DNA from: an uncultured Gammaproteobacteria bacterium
GTDB taxonomy: Bacteria; Pseudomonadota; Gammaproteobacteria; GCA-001735895
Length of the DNA: 25,360 nt
Assembly: GCA_965364115.1 (NCBI GenBank)
Contig: CBDTWQ010000001.1
Location: forward strand, 1-25,360
Direction of reading: 5' to 3'
The position numbers and the translations under genes were made by a program. Positions 1-8,226 of this stretch are shown here, piece by piece. The first letter of the stretch is position 1. Every line of letters starts with the position of its first letter. The notes beneath the pieces were generated by a model. That model ran no database searches and was not told where the DNA came from. It saw only the letters and a program-made list of their open reading frames with translations.

Positions 1-796
1 GAAACCAAACATAAACCTGCTCGTTGCCACCGAGTTGATACTGCACGTAGTTGGGTAATTGAGTGATGTAGGTGATGCCGATAAACCAAAACCAAGAGAT
101 TCCCATGATCGAGTAAAACACGGTCAAATTTTCGCGGGCGTCGCGCAAAATGGCGACTGTTTGAGTGAAAACATTGAAACTGATTTTAAGCGTCGGGGCG
201 GCCGGTTTCAGCGTGGGGATGCCTCGGCTGACCCAATAGCCCAGACAGGCTGTCAACACAACACTGACCCCAAGAAACATCGTGCCGTAGCCAATGATGA
301 AAACGCTGACAATAAAACCAAGCAGAATCGCAAGGAAGGTGCCAAATTCCACCATCGCGTTGCCGCCAACCAGTTCTTCAGGCTTAAGGGCTTGAGGTAG
401 CAGACTATATTTAACCGGGCCGAAAAGGGCAGATTGCGTCCCCATTAAAAAAAGAATGCCAACTAGCATGTTGACCTCTTGCCAAACCAAGGCCAACAAA
501 CCTAATAGCATAATCGCTATTTCGAGCAGTTTTATCCGCCTAATTAGTAAGGACTTCTCGTATTTGTCTGCTAGTTGCCCTGCCAGTGAGGAGAATAGAA
601 AAAACGGTAATATGAAGAGCCCGGCGGCGAGATTGACCAAAGTGTTGCTTTGCTGTTGGCTAATATGGGCCGCTTCGAAGACGATGAATAGGGTTAATCC
701 GTTTTTGTAGAGGTTGTCGTTGAAGGCGCCGAGCAGTTGGGTAAAGAAGAAAGGTCGGAACCTGGATTTTGACAATAGTCGTATTGAATCAGCCAT
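1..796 (-). CDS. MFS transporter, LplT/Aas-associated lysophospholipid transporter-like (3' end outside window)
   Basis: Not in ORF track because it is truncated. Manual translation from ATG at 796 gives MADSIRLLSKSRFRPFFFTQLLGAFNDNLYKNG...LFILPFFLFSSLAGQLADKYEKSLLIRRIKLLEIAIM...QSALFGPVKYSLLPQ...GNAMVEFGTFLAILLG. The TQxLGAFNDN, GQLADK and FGPVKY motifs are typical of this MFS family. Confidence 0.85.
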   Translation of the reverse strand, partial: MADSIRLLSKSRFRPFFFTQLLGAFNDNLYKNGLTLFIVFEAAHISQQQSNTLVNLAAGLFILPFFLFSSLAGQLADKYEKSLLIRRIKLLEIAIMLLGLLALVWQEVNMLVGILFLMGTQSALFGPVKYSLLPQALKPEELVGGNAMVEFGTFLAILLGFIVSVFIIGYGTMFLGVSVVLTACLGYWVSRGIPTLKPAAPTLKISFNVFTQTVAILRDARENLTVFYSIMGISWFWFIGITYITQLPNYVQYQLGGNEQVYVWF

Positions 797-1109
797 CGCG
801 CAAGGCTAAAAGATTACGCTAGCTAGCGCAAAGAGTTTATGAAAAGGGCTATTGGGTCTGTCGCAAAGATTGGAAACCAAGCAACGATCCTTGTGTTACT
901 TGCGATTGATTGCCGATCGATTCGGGAGGAGGTTTAAGCTTAAATTTAACGGTAGTCTGTGCGATTTATTGATCAAGCTACTCGTCTTGAATTGGCAATG
1001 AGATAAAGTCTTGGTTTTACTCGAAAAATTACTAAAACAGCTGAGAAAATCTGACTTTAATAAGCTATAAATATCGAAGCATCAGCGTAGAGTCAACACC
1101 AAAACTTCA

Positions 1110-3638
1110 ATGCAATTCATTAGAGAGTGCCTTAAAACCAACTGGATAGTAGGGTTAGTGCTGACCTTATTGTTTCTGACCATGTCAGAGAAGGGGTGGT
1201 TCGACTGGCTTGATCGGCACGCTTTCAATTTAGGAAGCAATTTTTCAACCGCTAAAGACCCGCATGATGACATCGTGATTGTGGCGATTGACGATCAGTC
1301 ATTGCACCAACTGGGTGCTTGGCCGTGGTCGCGCAATTTGCTGGCGAAAACCACCGATATCATTAGCCAAGCGGAACCCAAGGTGATTGGGTTCAATCTG
1401 CCGCTCGAATCCAATCAGTTTCAAACTGGCTTAACCTCATTGAGTGATCTGCGCTCAATTCTGACGAATGAAAAGAAGTTGAATCGCCGAGTTAATCAGG
1501 CTTTGCGGTTGACCGAAGTGGCGTTGTTGGGTGACGACAATTTGGCGAGATCATTTTTTAAGAGCCAGCTGGTTGTTTTGTCGATGCCTTACATCCGCAC
1601 CGACAGCTTCGTCGGCAAGCCCGACACCCCGTTGCCTCAGAACATACGTAAATTCACCCTGCCTAACGTTAGCCCGATGTCTTACCCAAAAGTGCAATAT
1701 GTTTCACCAACACCCAATATCACGCACGCTCAAGAAGTTTTCCCTCCGCTCAATAAATTGGCCAATCAAGCGGTTGGCATCGGGGTCATAAGCGATGTGG
1801 AACAGTTTTTTAAGGAACCGCTACTAGTGCGTTATGGGCAAGACTTTCTGCCCTCATTTGCGTTGATGATGACGGCGCGCAGCAAAGGTTTGACTGTAGA
1901 TGACATAGAATCTTGGGCTGAGGTCAGTCCGATGCTGGATGGCAAGGATTTGGGCGCGGATATCGATTTTCAAATTTATCCTCGATTTTATCAAAACGGA
2001 AACGCTGCGTTCAAAACTATTTCGGTTGCCGATGTGCTCGATGGAACCGTGGAGCGCAACGAATTGCAGAACAAAATTGTCTTAGTCGGTCTCACCTCGC
2101 CGCGAGTGGCCCCAAGTTTGCTTTCCCCTGAAGGCGATCCGATCTCGACCACCTTAGCAACCGCTCACACTTTGTCTAGTCTGTTGAATCGTGAGTTTTT
2201 TCGAATGCCTGACACCGCGCGACAAGTGCGCATCGGGTTGATCATCGCACTCGGTCTTTACTTTATGTTCGGTATACAGTGTTTGCGGGCTAACACCGCC
2301 CTGTATCTGACCACATTTACGCTGCTGGTGCTGATAAACACTCATTTCATTTTAATGAGTTCGCAGGCCATATGGTTTCCGATGATGGCGGTTTTTGTGA
2401 TGTTGTTGGTGGGCCATTTCTTTCTTGAAGCCCGCCATATAATGGCCTTTCGAATGCAAAATATGCGCGATGACTTATCGCAAGCCAATCGGCAATTAGG
2501 ACAGGCGTTTCAGGCCCAAGGTCAACTCGATCAAGCGTTCGAAAAATTTCGCGCCAGCGACACGGACGAAACTTTGTTGTTACAGGTATACAACCTTGGT
2601 CTGGACTATGAACGTAAGCGACAATTCAATAAGGCGGTCTCAGCGTTTAAATTCATTCAAAACCATGACCGTGGGTATAATGATGTCAAAGATCGTATCG
2701 GTAAGAATGAAGATGCCGCTAACTCGATAACCCTGCAAGGTGCTAGTAATAGTGGGCCATCACCAAGCTTATTATCCAATAATTCGGGCGTGCAAAAGCC
2801 CAAGCTGGGTCGCTATGAAATCGGCGCAGAGATTGGTAAAGGCGCAATGGGAATGGTTTACCTTGGGCGCGATGAGAAAATAGGCCGAACTGTCGCAATA
2901 AAGACCATGTTGATTTCTGATGAATCGGATTCAGCGGCACGCGACTCGGTGAAGAAACGTTTCTTTCGCGAAGCAGAAGCGGCCGGTCGGCTTAACCACC
3001 CTAACATTGTGACTGTTTACGATGTCGGTGATGAGCAAGAGCTGGCTTATATCGCGATGGACTATCTGCCAGGCAAAGACCTATCGGCATACATAACTCT
3101 AGAAACCTTGTTGCCGGTAAGCCAAGTCTTTCAGATTGCGACCAATGTTGCACTGGCACTTGATTACGCGCACCAGCAAAAAGTGGTGCATCGCGATATC
3201 AAACCCGCCAATATCATTTACGATCCAAAAAAACGAAGCGCTAAGATCACCGATTTTGGCGTCGCCCACTTGACTGACGCGAGTAAAACGCGAACCGGGA
3301 CAGTAGTAGGCAGCCCTTATTACATGGCGCCAGAGCAATTATCAGGTAAAAAGGTTGATGGCCGAGCTGATCTCTTCTCGCTTGGGGTTACGCTATTTCA
3401 AATGCTCACCTCAGAATTACCCTTTAATGGCGACTCGATGGCAAATCTGATGTACAACATCGCCAACGAGCCTCATCCGGACATTCGTAATTTACGTGGT
3501 GAATTGCCGAACTGCATTTGCGCGGTGATCAACAAAGCGCTGCAGAAAGAGGCTGACAAACGCTTTCAAACCGGTCGCGAAATGGGCGCCGCGATGAATG
3601 CCTGTCGCCCGCACATCAAGGAAATGGAAGTGGCTTAA
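1110..3638 (+). CDS. CHASE2-domain membrane Ser/Thr protein kinase (CHASE2 - 3 TM - TPR-like - Hanks kinase)
   Basis: CHASE2 motifs IVIVAIDDQSL..LGAWPWSR and KIVLVG; three hydrophobic helices; TPR-like segment (LGQAFQAQGQLDQAFEKF, YNLGLDYERKRQFNKA); full kinase motif set GKGAMGMVY, VAIK, HRDIKPAN, DFG, GSPYYMAPE, DLFSLG. Confidence 0.93.
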   Translation: MQFIRECLKTNWIVGLVLTLLFLTMSEKGWFDWLDRHAFNLGSNFSTAKDPHDDIVIVAIDDQSLHQLGAWPWSRNLLAKTTDIISQAEPKVIGFNLPLESNQFQTGLTSLSDLRSILTNEKKLNRRVNQALRLTEVALLGDDNLARSFFKSQLVVLSMPYIRTDSFVGKPDTPLPQNIRKFTLPNVSPMSYPKVQYVSPTPNITHAQEVFPPLNKLANQAVGIGVISDVEQFFKEPLLVRYGQDFLPSFALMMTARSKGLTVDDIESWAEVSPMLDGKDLGADIDFQIYPRFYQNGNAAFKTISVADVLDGTVERNELQNKIVLVGLTSPRVAPSLLSPEGDPISTTLATAHTLSSLLNREFFRMPDTARQVRIGLIIALGLYFMFGIQCLRANTALYLTTFTLLVLINTHFILMSSQAIWFPMMAVFVMLLVGHFFLEARHIMAFRMQNMRDDLSQANRQLGQAFQAQGQLDQAFEKFRASDTDETLLLQVYNLGLDYERKRQFNKAVSAFKFIQNHDRGYNDVKDRIGKNEDAANSITLQGASNSGPSPSLLSNNSGVQKPKLGRYEIGAEIGKGAMGMVYLGRDEKIGRTVAIKTMLISDESDSAARDSVKKRFFREAEAAGRLNHPNIVTVYDVGDEQELAYIAMDYLPGKDLSAYITLETLLPVSQVFQIATNVALALDYAHQQKVVHRDIKPANIIYDPKKRSAKITDFGVAHLTDASKTRTGTVVGSPYYMAPEQLSGKKVDGRADLFSLGVTLFQMLTSELPFNGDSMANLMYNIANEPHPDIRNLRGELPNCICAVINKALQKEADKRFQTGREMGAAMNACRPHIKEMEVA

Positions 3639-3691
3639 ACAGCTCTAACCGAATTCTGTTGTTGGCCAGCCTTAAGAGCCCTGAAAGAGTC

Positions 3692-5161
3692 TTAAGATGT
3701 GGTTTTTACTTTTTCTTCGGGTGGTCTTAATTGTTTGAAGTAACCCAACGCACGTTCGCGGGTGAATTTAAGGTCTAGGATCGGGCGCGGATAGTCAACC
3801 CCCAAGCGCAGCCCTGCCGCCGACAAGGTCGAGTCATCAGCAAGCCAGGGCTGGTGTCGATATTTCACCGGCAGTCCGGCCAGCTCGGGACAATAACGCG
3901 TTAAATACTCGCCGTCCGGATCGAATTTTTGGCTTTGCAACAACGGATTAAATACTCGAAAGTAAGGTGCTGCGTCGGCCCCGGAGCCTGCACACCATTG
4001 CCAGCCGGCACTATTGTTGGCCAGATCGGCATCGACTAAACAATCCCAAAACCACTGTGCGCCATGGCGCCAATGCAGCCCCATGTTTTTGATTAGAAAT
4101 GAGGCGACGATCATTCTCACTCGATTGTGCATATAACCGGTTTGCCAGAGTTCGCGCATTCCTGCGTCGACGATTGGATAGCCGGTTTGCCCGCGCTGCC
4201 AAGCTTGCAGGCCAATGGCGTCGTCACGCCAAGGAAATTGATCAAATTTACGGTTGAAATTGGCATCGGGCAATTGTGGATACTGAAATAAAAGATGGTA
4301 GGCAAATTCACGCCAGCCGACCTCACTGCGAAAGCACTCGAGGTCAGGGCCTTGCGCGTTGAACGATTCTTGCTCAACCCGCTGCCAGATTTGATGGGGG
4401 GAGATTTCACCAAATACCAGGTGGGGTGAAAGCTTAGACGTGGCCTCACTGGCTGGAAAATCTCTGCCGTGGTTGTAACTTGATAAATCGGTGGTAATAA
4501 ATGATTCAAGCTTTGCGATAGCGGCCTGTTCACCCACTTGCCAGTGCTCGATCATGGTTCCAGGCCAGTTCTTGCTCGGCAGTAATTTCAGCGACTCGAG
4601 GCTTTGGCTGTCGATTGCGTTGTTGACTGCGTCATCTGATGCCCATTCAAATTTCTCAGGTTGAGCCAGCGGCGCTCGCGGAGTAGGCTTAGGTAAGCAG
4701 CCCTTGCGATAGAACGCGGTGAAGACGCGATAGGGCGTGCCGTCGCCTTTTTGGATAGTCCAAGGCTCCCACAGCAGCGACGCGCTAAAACTCCTGGCTT
4801 TCGCTCCCGCCTGTTTTATCTGTTGTTTAATTTGTTTGTCGCGTTCCACGCCCCAAGGTTGGTAACAACGGTTCCAGACCACCGAGGTTGGTTTTAATTG
4901 ATCGACTAGTCGAGACATTATCTCTCGAGCGTCACCGGAGAAAAAATGCAATTTGCCGTCTAAAGATTGATTCAGTGACTTAAGCGAATGATGCAGCCAG
5001 ACGCGGCTTGCCGCACCCATAGACCAATCGGTCGAGTGGGTTTCATCGAAAATATAAATAGGCAAGACTCGAGCTGAACTGGCTGCAGCGAGCAGCGCTG
5101 GATTATCAGCCAGTCTCAGGTCTTGTCGAAACCAAACAATGCTGAGATCAGAATCCGGCAT
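3692..5161 (-). CDS. phr: Deoxyribodipyrimidine photolyase/cryptochrome family protein (class III CPD photolyase-like)
   Basis: WFRQDLRLADNPAL N-terminus, TSKLSPHLVFGEISP, GYPIVDAGMRELWQTGYMHNRVRMIVASFL, DADLANNSAGWQWCAGSGADAAPYFRVFNP. Confidence 0.95.
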   Translation of the reverse strand: MPDSDLSIVWFRQDLRLADNPALLAAASSARVLPIYIFDETHSTDWSMGAASRVWLHHSLKSLNQSLDGKLHFFSGDAREIMSRLVDQLKPTSVVWNRCYQPWGVERDKQIKQQIKQAGAKARSFSASLLWEPWTIQKGDGTPYRVFTAFYRKGCLPKPTPRAPLAQPEKFEWASDDAVNNAIDSQSLESLKLLPSKNWPGTMIEHWQVGEQAAIAKLESFITTDLSSYNHGRDFPASEATSKLSPHLVFGEISPHQIWQRVEQESFNAQGPDLECFRSEVGWREFAYHLLFQYPQLPDANFNRKFDQFPWRDDAIGLQAWQRGQTGYPIVDAGMRELWQTGYMHNRVRMIVASFLIKNMGLHWRHGAQWFWDCLVDADLANNSAGWQWCAGSGADAAPYFRVFNPLLQSQKFDPDGEYLTRYCPELAGLPVKYRHQPWLADDSTLSAAGLRLGVDYPRPILDLKFTRERALGYFKQLRPPEEKVKTTS

Positions 5162-5168
5162 CAGTCAA

Positions 5169-5196
5169 TCAACCCGACGACGAGCGGTCGGGTTGA
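5169..5196 (-). promoter_or_regulatory. Perfect 10-bp hairpin between chrR stop and phr start
   Basis: tcaacccgac (5169-5178) / gtcgggttga (5187-5196), 8-nt loop. On the minus-strand mRNA the 3' arm ends 7 nt before the phr ATG. Confidence 0.55.
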
Positions 5197-5210
5197 ATTC
5201 GATGATCGGA

Positions 5211-5870
5211 TCATGCGTAACTTCGGCGAATCAGTGGGTTCAGTATGCGCGCAAACCAGCCAGTGAATTGAACAGGCCCCTCGGTTACTGCCAGGCAGAT
5301 GCATTCTTGGTCGAGCGTTGCCATCGGAGTGTGCTGTTCTTGGCTGTTACGCACTAAAAAGTCACCTTGCCGATAGACCCCGTCTTCGTCTGAGAAGCTG
5401 CCCTCTAAAATGACCGTATACTCGTCACCCAAGTGGGTATGCGTGCTCGCCGACCCGCCGGCCTTAATTTTTAGCAGTTCAACCTTGGCACCATTGATGT
5501 CGCGGCACAATTCAACGCTGTGAATGTCTGCCGCCACGCGTTGCCAAGCAACATCGCTAAGATTGCCCTGGATGAATTGATGCAAGCATTTGGGTGCATC
5601 GGACTCTTGCTGTGGACTCGAGCAGCTTGCTTCAAGTGGTAAAGAATCGAGACGACTTAGCAACTCTTCCTTGACCGTTTCGCCAACGGGCGACGGCTTT
5701 AACTGTTGCATTAATTCGCCGCCCACACGATTCAACTGTTTCAAATTTTGGGTGCAACTGTGGCAGTGTTCCAAATGGGCAGAGACACATAATGCTTGGC
5801 TTAAAGGAAGGCTGCCTGCAGCATAAGAGACCAGCAATGCATCTTCCGGGTGATTAATATTTTGACTCAT
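5211..5870 (-). CDS. chrR: ChrR family anti-sigma factor (Zn-binding ASD + cupin domain)
   Basis: N-terminal His (NHP) plus AHLEHCHSC (HxxxCxxC); C-terminal cupin HTHLGDEYTVILEGSFSDEDGVYRQGDF...HTP; begins 2 bp after the ECF sigma stop. Confidence 0.93.
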   Translation of the reverse strand: MSQNINHPEDALLVSYAAGSLPLSQALCVSAHLEHCHSCTQNLKQLNRVGGELMQQLKPSPVGETVKEELLSRLDSLPLEASCSSPQQESDAPKCLHQFIQGNLSDVAWQRVAADIHSVELCRDINGAKVELLKIKAGGSASTHTHLGDEYTVILEGSFSDEDGVYRQGDFLVRNSQEQHTPMATLDQECICLAVTEGPVQFTGWFARILNPLIRRSYA

Positions 5871-5872
5871 GG

Positions 5873-6463
5873 TTACCTCGCGACCAGAACGGCGAGCTTT
5901 TTGATTGCCAGACGGATACGGGATTTGACCGTGCCGAGGGGCAATTCAAGCTCATCGCTGGCTTGTTGATGACTTTTTCCCTCCAAATAGACCTTGGTTA
6001 GAATTTCTGCTTGCTCTTGCGGCAAATCTTTTAAGCGTTCAGTGACGTTTTGTTCAACTCGTATTTGATGCGCTAGTTGAAATGGCCCAGGCGACTCATC
6101 CACAATTTCATTAAATAGGTCGGTTGGGTCGATCTCAGTCGCATAGCGGCTGTTTCGCCGCAGGTAATCTATCCGACAGTTTCGAGCTAGGGTAAAAATC
6201 CAGGTGTTGAGGTTGGCTAATTTTGGATTGTATTTTTCGGCCTTCAGCCAGACTCGTACCATGACCTCTTGAACTAATTCGTCGGCAAGCAACTCTGCAC
6301 CATGCTCTCGGGCTAAACTGTAGGATCGAATCTTCGGCGCATAGTGATCAAAAAGCTCGGCGAAGGCTCTTTTATCACGGGCTTCAGCGACGCGTTTGAT
6401 CAGCGCGCCAAGGGTTGCCAATTTGTCGTCGGAAAACTTTTTGTCTCCCATTGCTGTTGTCAT
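5873..6463 (-). CDS. rpoE: ECF sigma factor, ECF11/RpoE-ChrR type
   Basis: sigma2 (DKRAFAELFDHYAPKI, ELVQEVM..VW, TWIFTLARNCRIDYLRR) and sigma4 (LPQEQ...YLEGKSHQQ...LPLGTVKSRIRLA) regions, paired with chrR. Start moved to ATG 6463 (or 6451) because the ORF-track GTG at 6508 lies inside the promoter. Confidence 0.92.
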   Translation of the reverse strand: MTTAMGDKKFSDDKLATLGALIKRVAEARDKRAFAELFDHYAPKIRSYSLAREHGAELLADELVQEVMVRVWLKAEKYNPKLANLNTWIFTLARNCRIDYLRRNSRYATEIDPTDLFNEIVDESPGPFQLAHQIRVEQNVTERLKDLPQEQAEILTKVYLEGKSHQQASDELELPLGTVKSRIRLAIKKLAVLVAR

Positions 6464-6490
6464 TCCGCTTCTGCTTCGATTCAGGTTCCC

Positions 6491-6520
6491 ATTATACGCA
6501 AAAAACACGCTCCCGGATCA
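6491..6520 (-). promoter_or_regulatory. sigmaE(ECF11)-type autoregulatory promoter for rpoE-chrR-phr
   Basis: Minus strand: TGATCC (6520-6515) - 16 nt - CGTA (6498-6495) followed by TAAT. Confidence 0.85.
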
Positions 6521-6554
6521 CCCCGATTAGTTGGGTGGATGACCTGGCGCACAG

Positions 6555-6584
6555 TGATCCGTCATCAGTCTTTTACCGTATATT
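6555..6584 (+). promoter_or_regulatory. sigmaE(ECF11)-type promoter for the lipid-modification operon
   Basis: TGATCC (6555-6560) - 16 nt - CGTA (6577-6580) followed by TATT; same spacing as the divergent site. Confidence 0.85.
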
Positions 6585-6611
6585 GCCTACGATTTTAGTG
6601 AGGTGAGGTTA

Positions 6612-7649
6612 ATGTCAGCGAACGCAATTGGTTGGGTCGAACAGGGGCGAGTGCCTGACAGCTTGATACGTGCCGGGATCCGCCGTCTGCTGCGACAGCG
6701 GATTGATGAGATTGCCTCGGAGAATTGTGAAGAGGCGGCTGAGCGATTGGCTGCTTTTGTTGAAATGATGGATTCGGCATCGGTTGCGCCAATACCTCAA
6801 AAGGCCAACGAACAACACTATGAGGTGCCCGCTAGTTTTTTTTCTGAGGTGTTAGGTGAGCATCGAAAATACAGCAGCTGTTATTGGCCAGATCAAGCGA
6901 GTAGTTTGGAAGATGCCGAAGCCGCCTCGCTTCGAATTACCTGTGAGAGGGCCGAGTTAGTTGATGGCATGCGGGTGTTGGAGCTCGGCTGTGGTTGGGG
7001 TTCTTTGACGCTCTGGATAGCGACCCATTATCCTAATTGTCAGATAACTGCGGTTTCTAATTCAAATAGCCAACGGCGCGAAATAGAAACACGTGCCGCG
7101 CATGCGGGAGTGACTAATATTGAGGTTATTACCGCCGATATGAATGACTTTGACACCAAGCAACGGTTCGACCGAGTGGTGTCCTTAGAAATGTTCGAGC
7201 ACATGCGCAACTATCGCCTGTTGTATCAGCGCATTCATGATTGGTTGTTGCCGGGCGGACAGTTCCTAATGCATGTTTTTTGCCATCGGCTAGTGCCTTA
7301 TGAGTTTGTCGACCGAGATGCTAGCGACTGGATGAGTAGACACTTCTTCAGCGGTGGAATTATGCCTAGTGACGCGTTACCCAAGCATTTTCAAGATCAT
7401 TTGCGGTTGCGTAATCATTGGCGATGGAATGGCGAGCACTATGCAAAAACGCTAAACGGCTGGCTAGCTCGAATGGACCAACGCAGAGCTCAGGTAATGC
7501 CGATCTTAGAGCAAACCTATGGCGATGATGCAGAAATTTGGTGGTCACGCTGGCGCGTATTTTTTATCGCTTCGGCAGAACTGTTCGGGTTTAATCATGG
7601 CCAAGAATGGTGGGTTAGCCACTATCTGTTTCAGCGGCCCGCTGACTGA
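6612..7649 (+). CDS. SAM-dependent methyltransferase, CFA-synthase/coclaurine N-methyltransferase-like
   Basis: ANEQHYEVP, KYSSCYW, VLELGCGWGSL, FDRVVSLEMFEHMRNY, WMSRHFFSGGIMPS. ATG 6612 follows SD-like GAGGTG (6600-6605). Confidence 0.9.
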   Translation: MSANAIGWVEQGRVPDSLIRAGIRRLLRQRIDEIASENCEEAAERLAAFVEMMDSASVAPIPQKANEQHYEVPASFFSEVLGEHRKYSSCYWPDQASSLEDAEAASLRITCERAELVDGMRVLELGCGWGSLTLWIATHYPNCQITAVSNSNSQRREIETRAAHAGVTNIEVITADMNDFDTKQRFDRVVSLEMFEHMRNYRLLYQRIHDWLLPGGQFLMHVFCHRLVPYEFVDRDASDWMSRHFFSGGIMPSDALPKHFQDHLRLRNHWRWNGEHYAKTLNGWLARMDQRRAQVMPILEQTYGDDAEIWWSRWRVFFIASAELFGFNHGQEWWVSHYLFQRPAD

Positions 7650-7667
7650 GCCGCCTAAGGATTCGAG

Positions 7668-8222
7668 ATGCACCTCGCGATTAACATCATCTTTTACCAA
7701 ATCTGTTGGTTTGCCTGCATCATCAGCGCGGCCAAGCAGTTGCCTTTGGTCGGCGTGGCGACGGTTGTCTTGGCGGTTGGTTATCATCTGTTTCGCGCTC
7801 GACAACCAAAAACCGAGGTTCTGTTGTTGATCTTGGCGGCTATCATTGGCGCTATATGGGACAGTTTTTTGGTTGCGGCCGGATGGCTGGTTTACCCGTC
7901 GGGAACCTTGATCGAGCTAACCGCACCTTATTGGATCGTGGCGATCTGGGTTGCTTTTGCGACGACTTTCAACGTCAGCTTGCGATGGTTCAAACAGCGA
8001 TTGTTGTTGGCTGCGGGCCTAGGAGCAGTTGGCGGCCCACTAGCATTTCTGGCAGGCGCAGGCCTTGACGGCGTTGTCTTTGTAGACCAAACCGTCGGCT
8101 TGGTCGCTCTGGCGATCGGCTGGGGCGCCCTAATGCCGACCATGATGTGGCTGTCCAATCGCTTCGATGGCTTTGCGCTGGCGCAATCGGTTTCAAGCGA
8201 CTCGCAAGCGATGCGGGGATGA
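7668..8222 (+). CDS. DUF2878-like membrane protein
   Basis: INIIFYQICWFACI, IGAIWDSFL, PYWIVAIWVAFATTFNVSLRW, LGAVGGPLAFLAG; multiple TM helices; AGGA upstream. Confidence 0.82.
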   Translation: MHLAINIIFYQICWFACIISAAKQLPLVGVATVVLAVGYHLFRARQPKTEVLLLILAAIIGAIWDSFLVAAGWLVYPSGTLIELTAPYWIVAIWVAFATTFNVSLRWFKQRLLLAAGLGAVGGPLAFLAGAGLDGVVFVDQTVGLVALAIGWGALMPTMMWLSNRFDGFALAQSVSSDSQAMRG

Positions 8223-8226
8223 TTCG

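Noticed and set aside
59..710. Plus-strand ORFs 59-400 and 456-710
   Set aside because: Antisense shadows of the minus-strand MFS gene.
3671..3696. cttaaga/tcttaag inverted repeat as a bidirectional terminator between the kinase and phr
   Set aside because: AT-rich 7-bp stem with a large loop, overlapping the phr stop and lacking a U-tract; too weak to call.
5187..5213. Fourth sigmaE promoter for phr (minus-strand TGATCC at 5213-5208 overlapping the chrR stop)
   Set aside because: The sequence 16 nt downstream is CCGAC, not CGTA. At best degenerate, so phr is more likely read through from the rpoE promoter.
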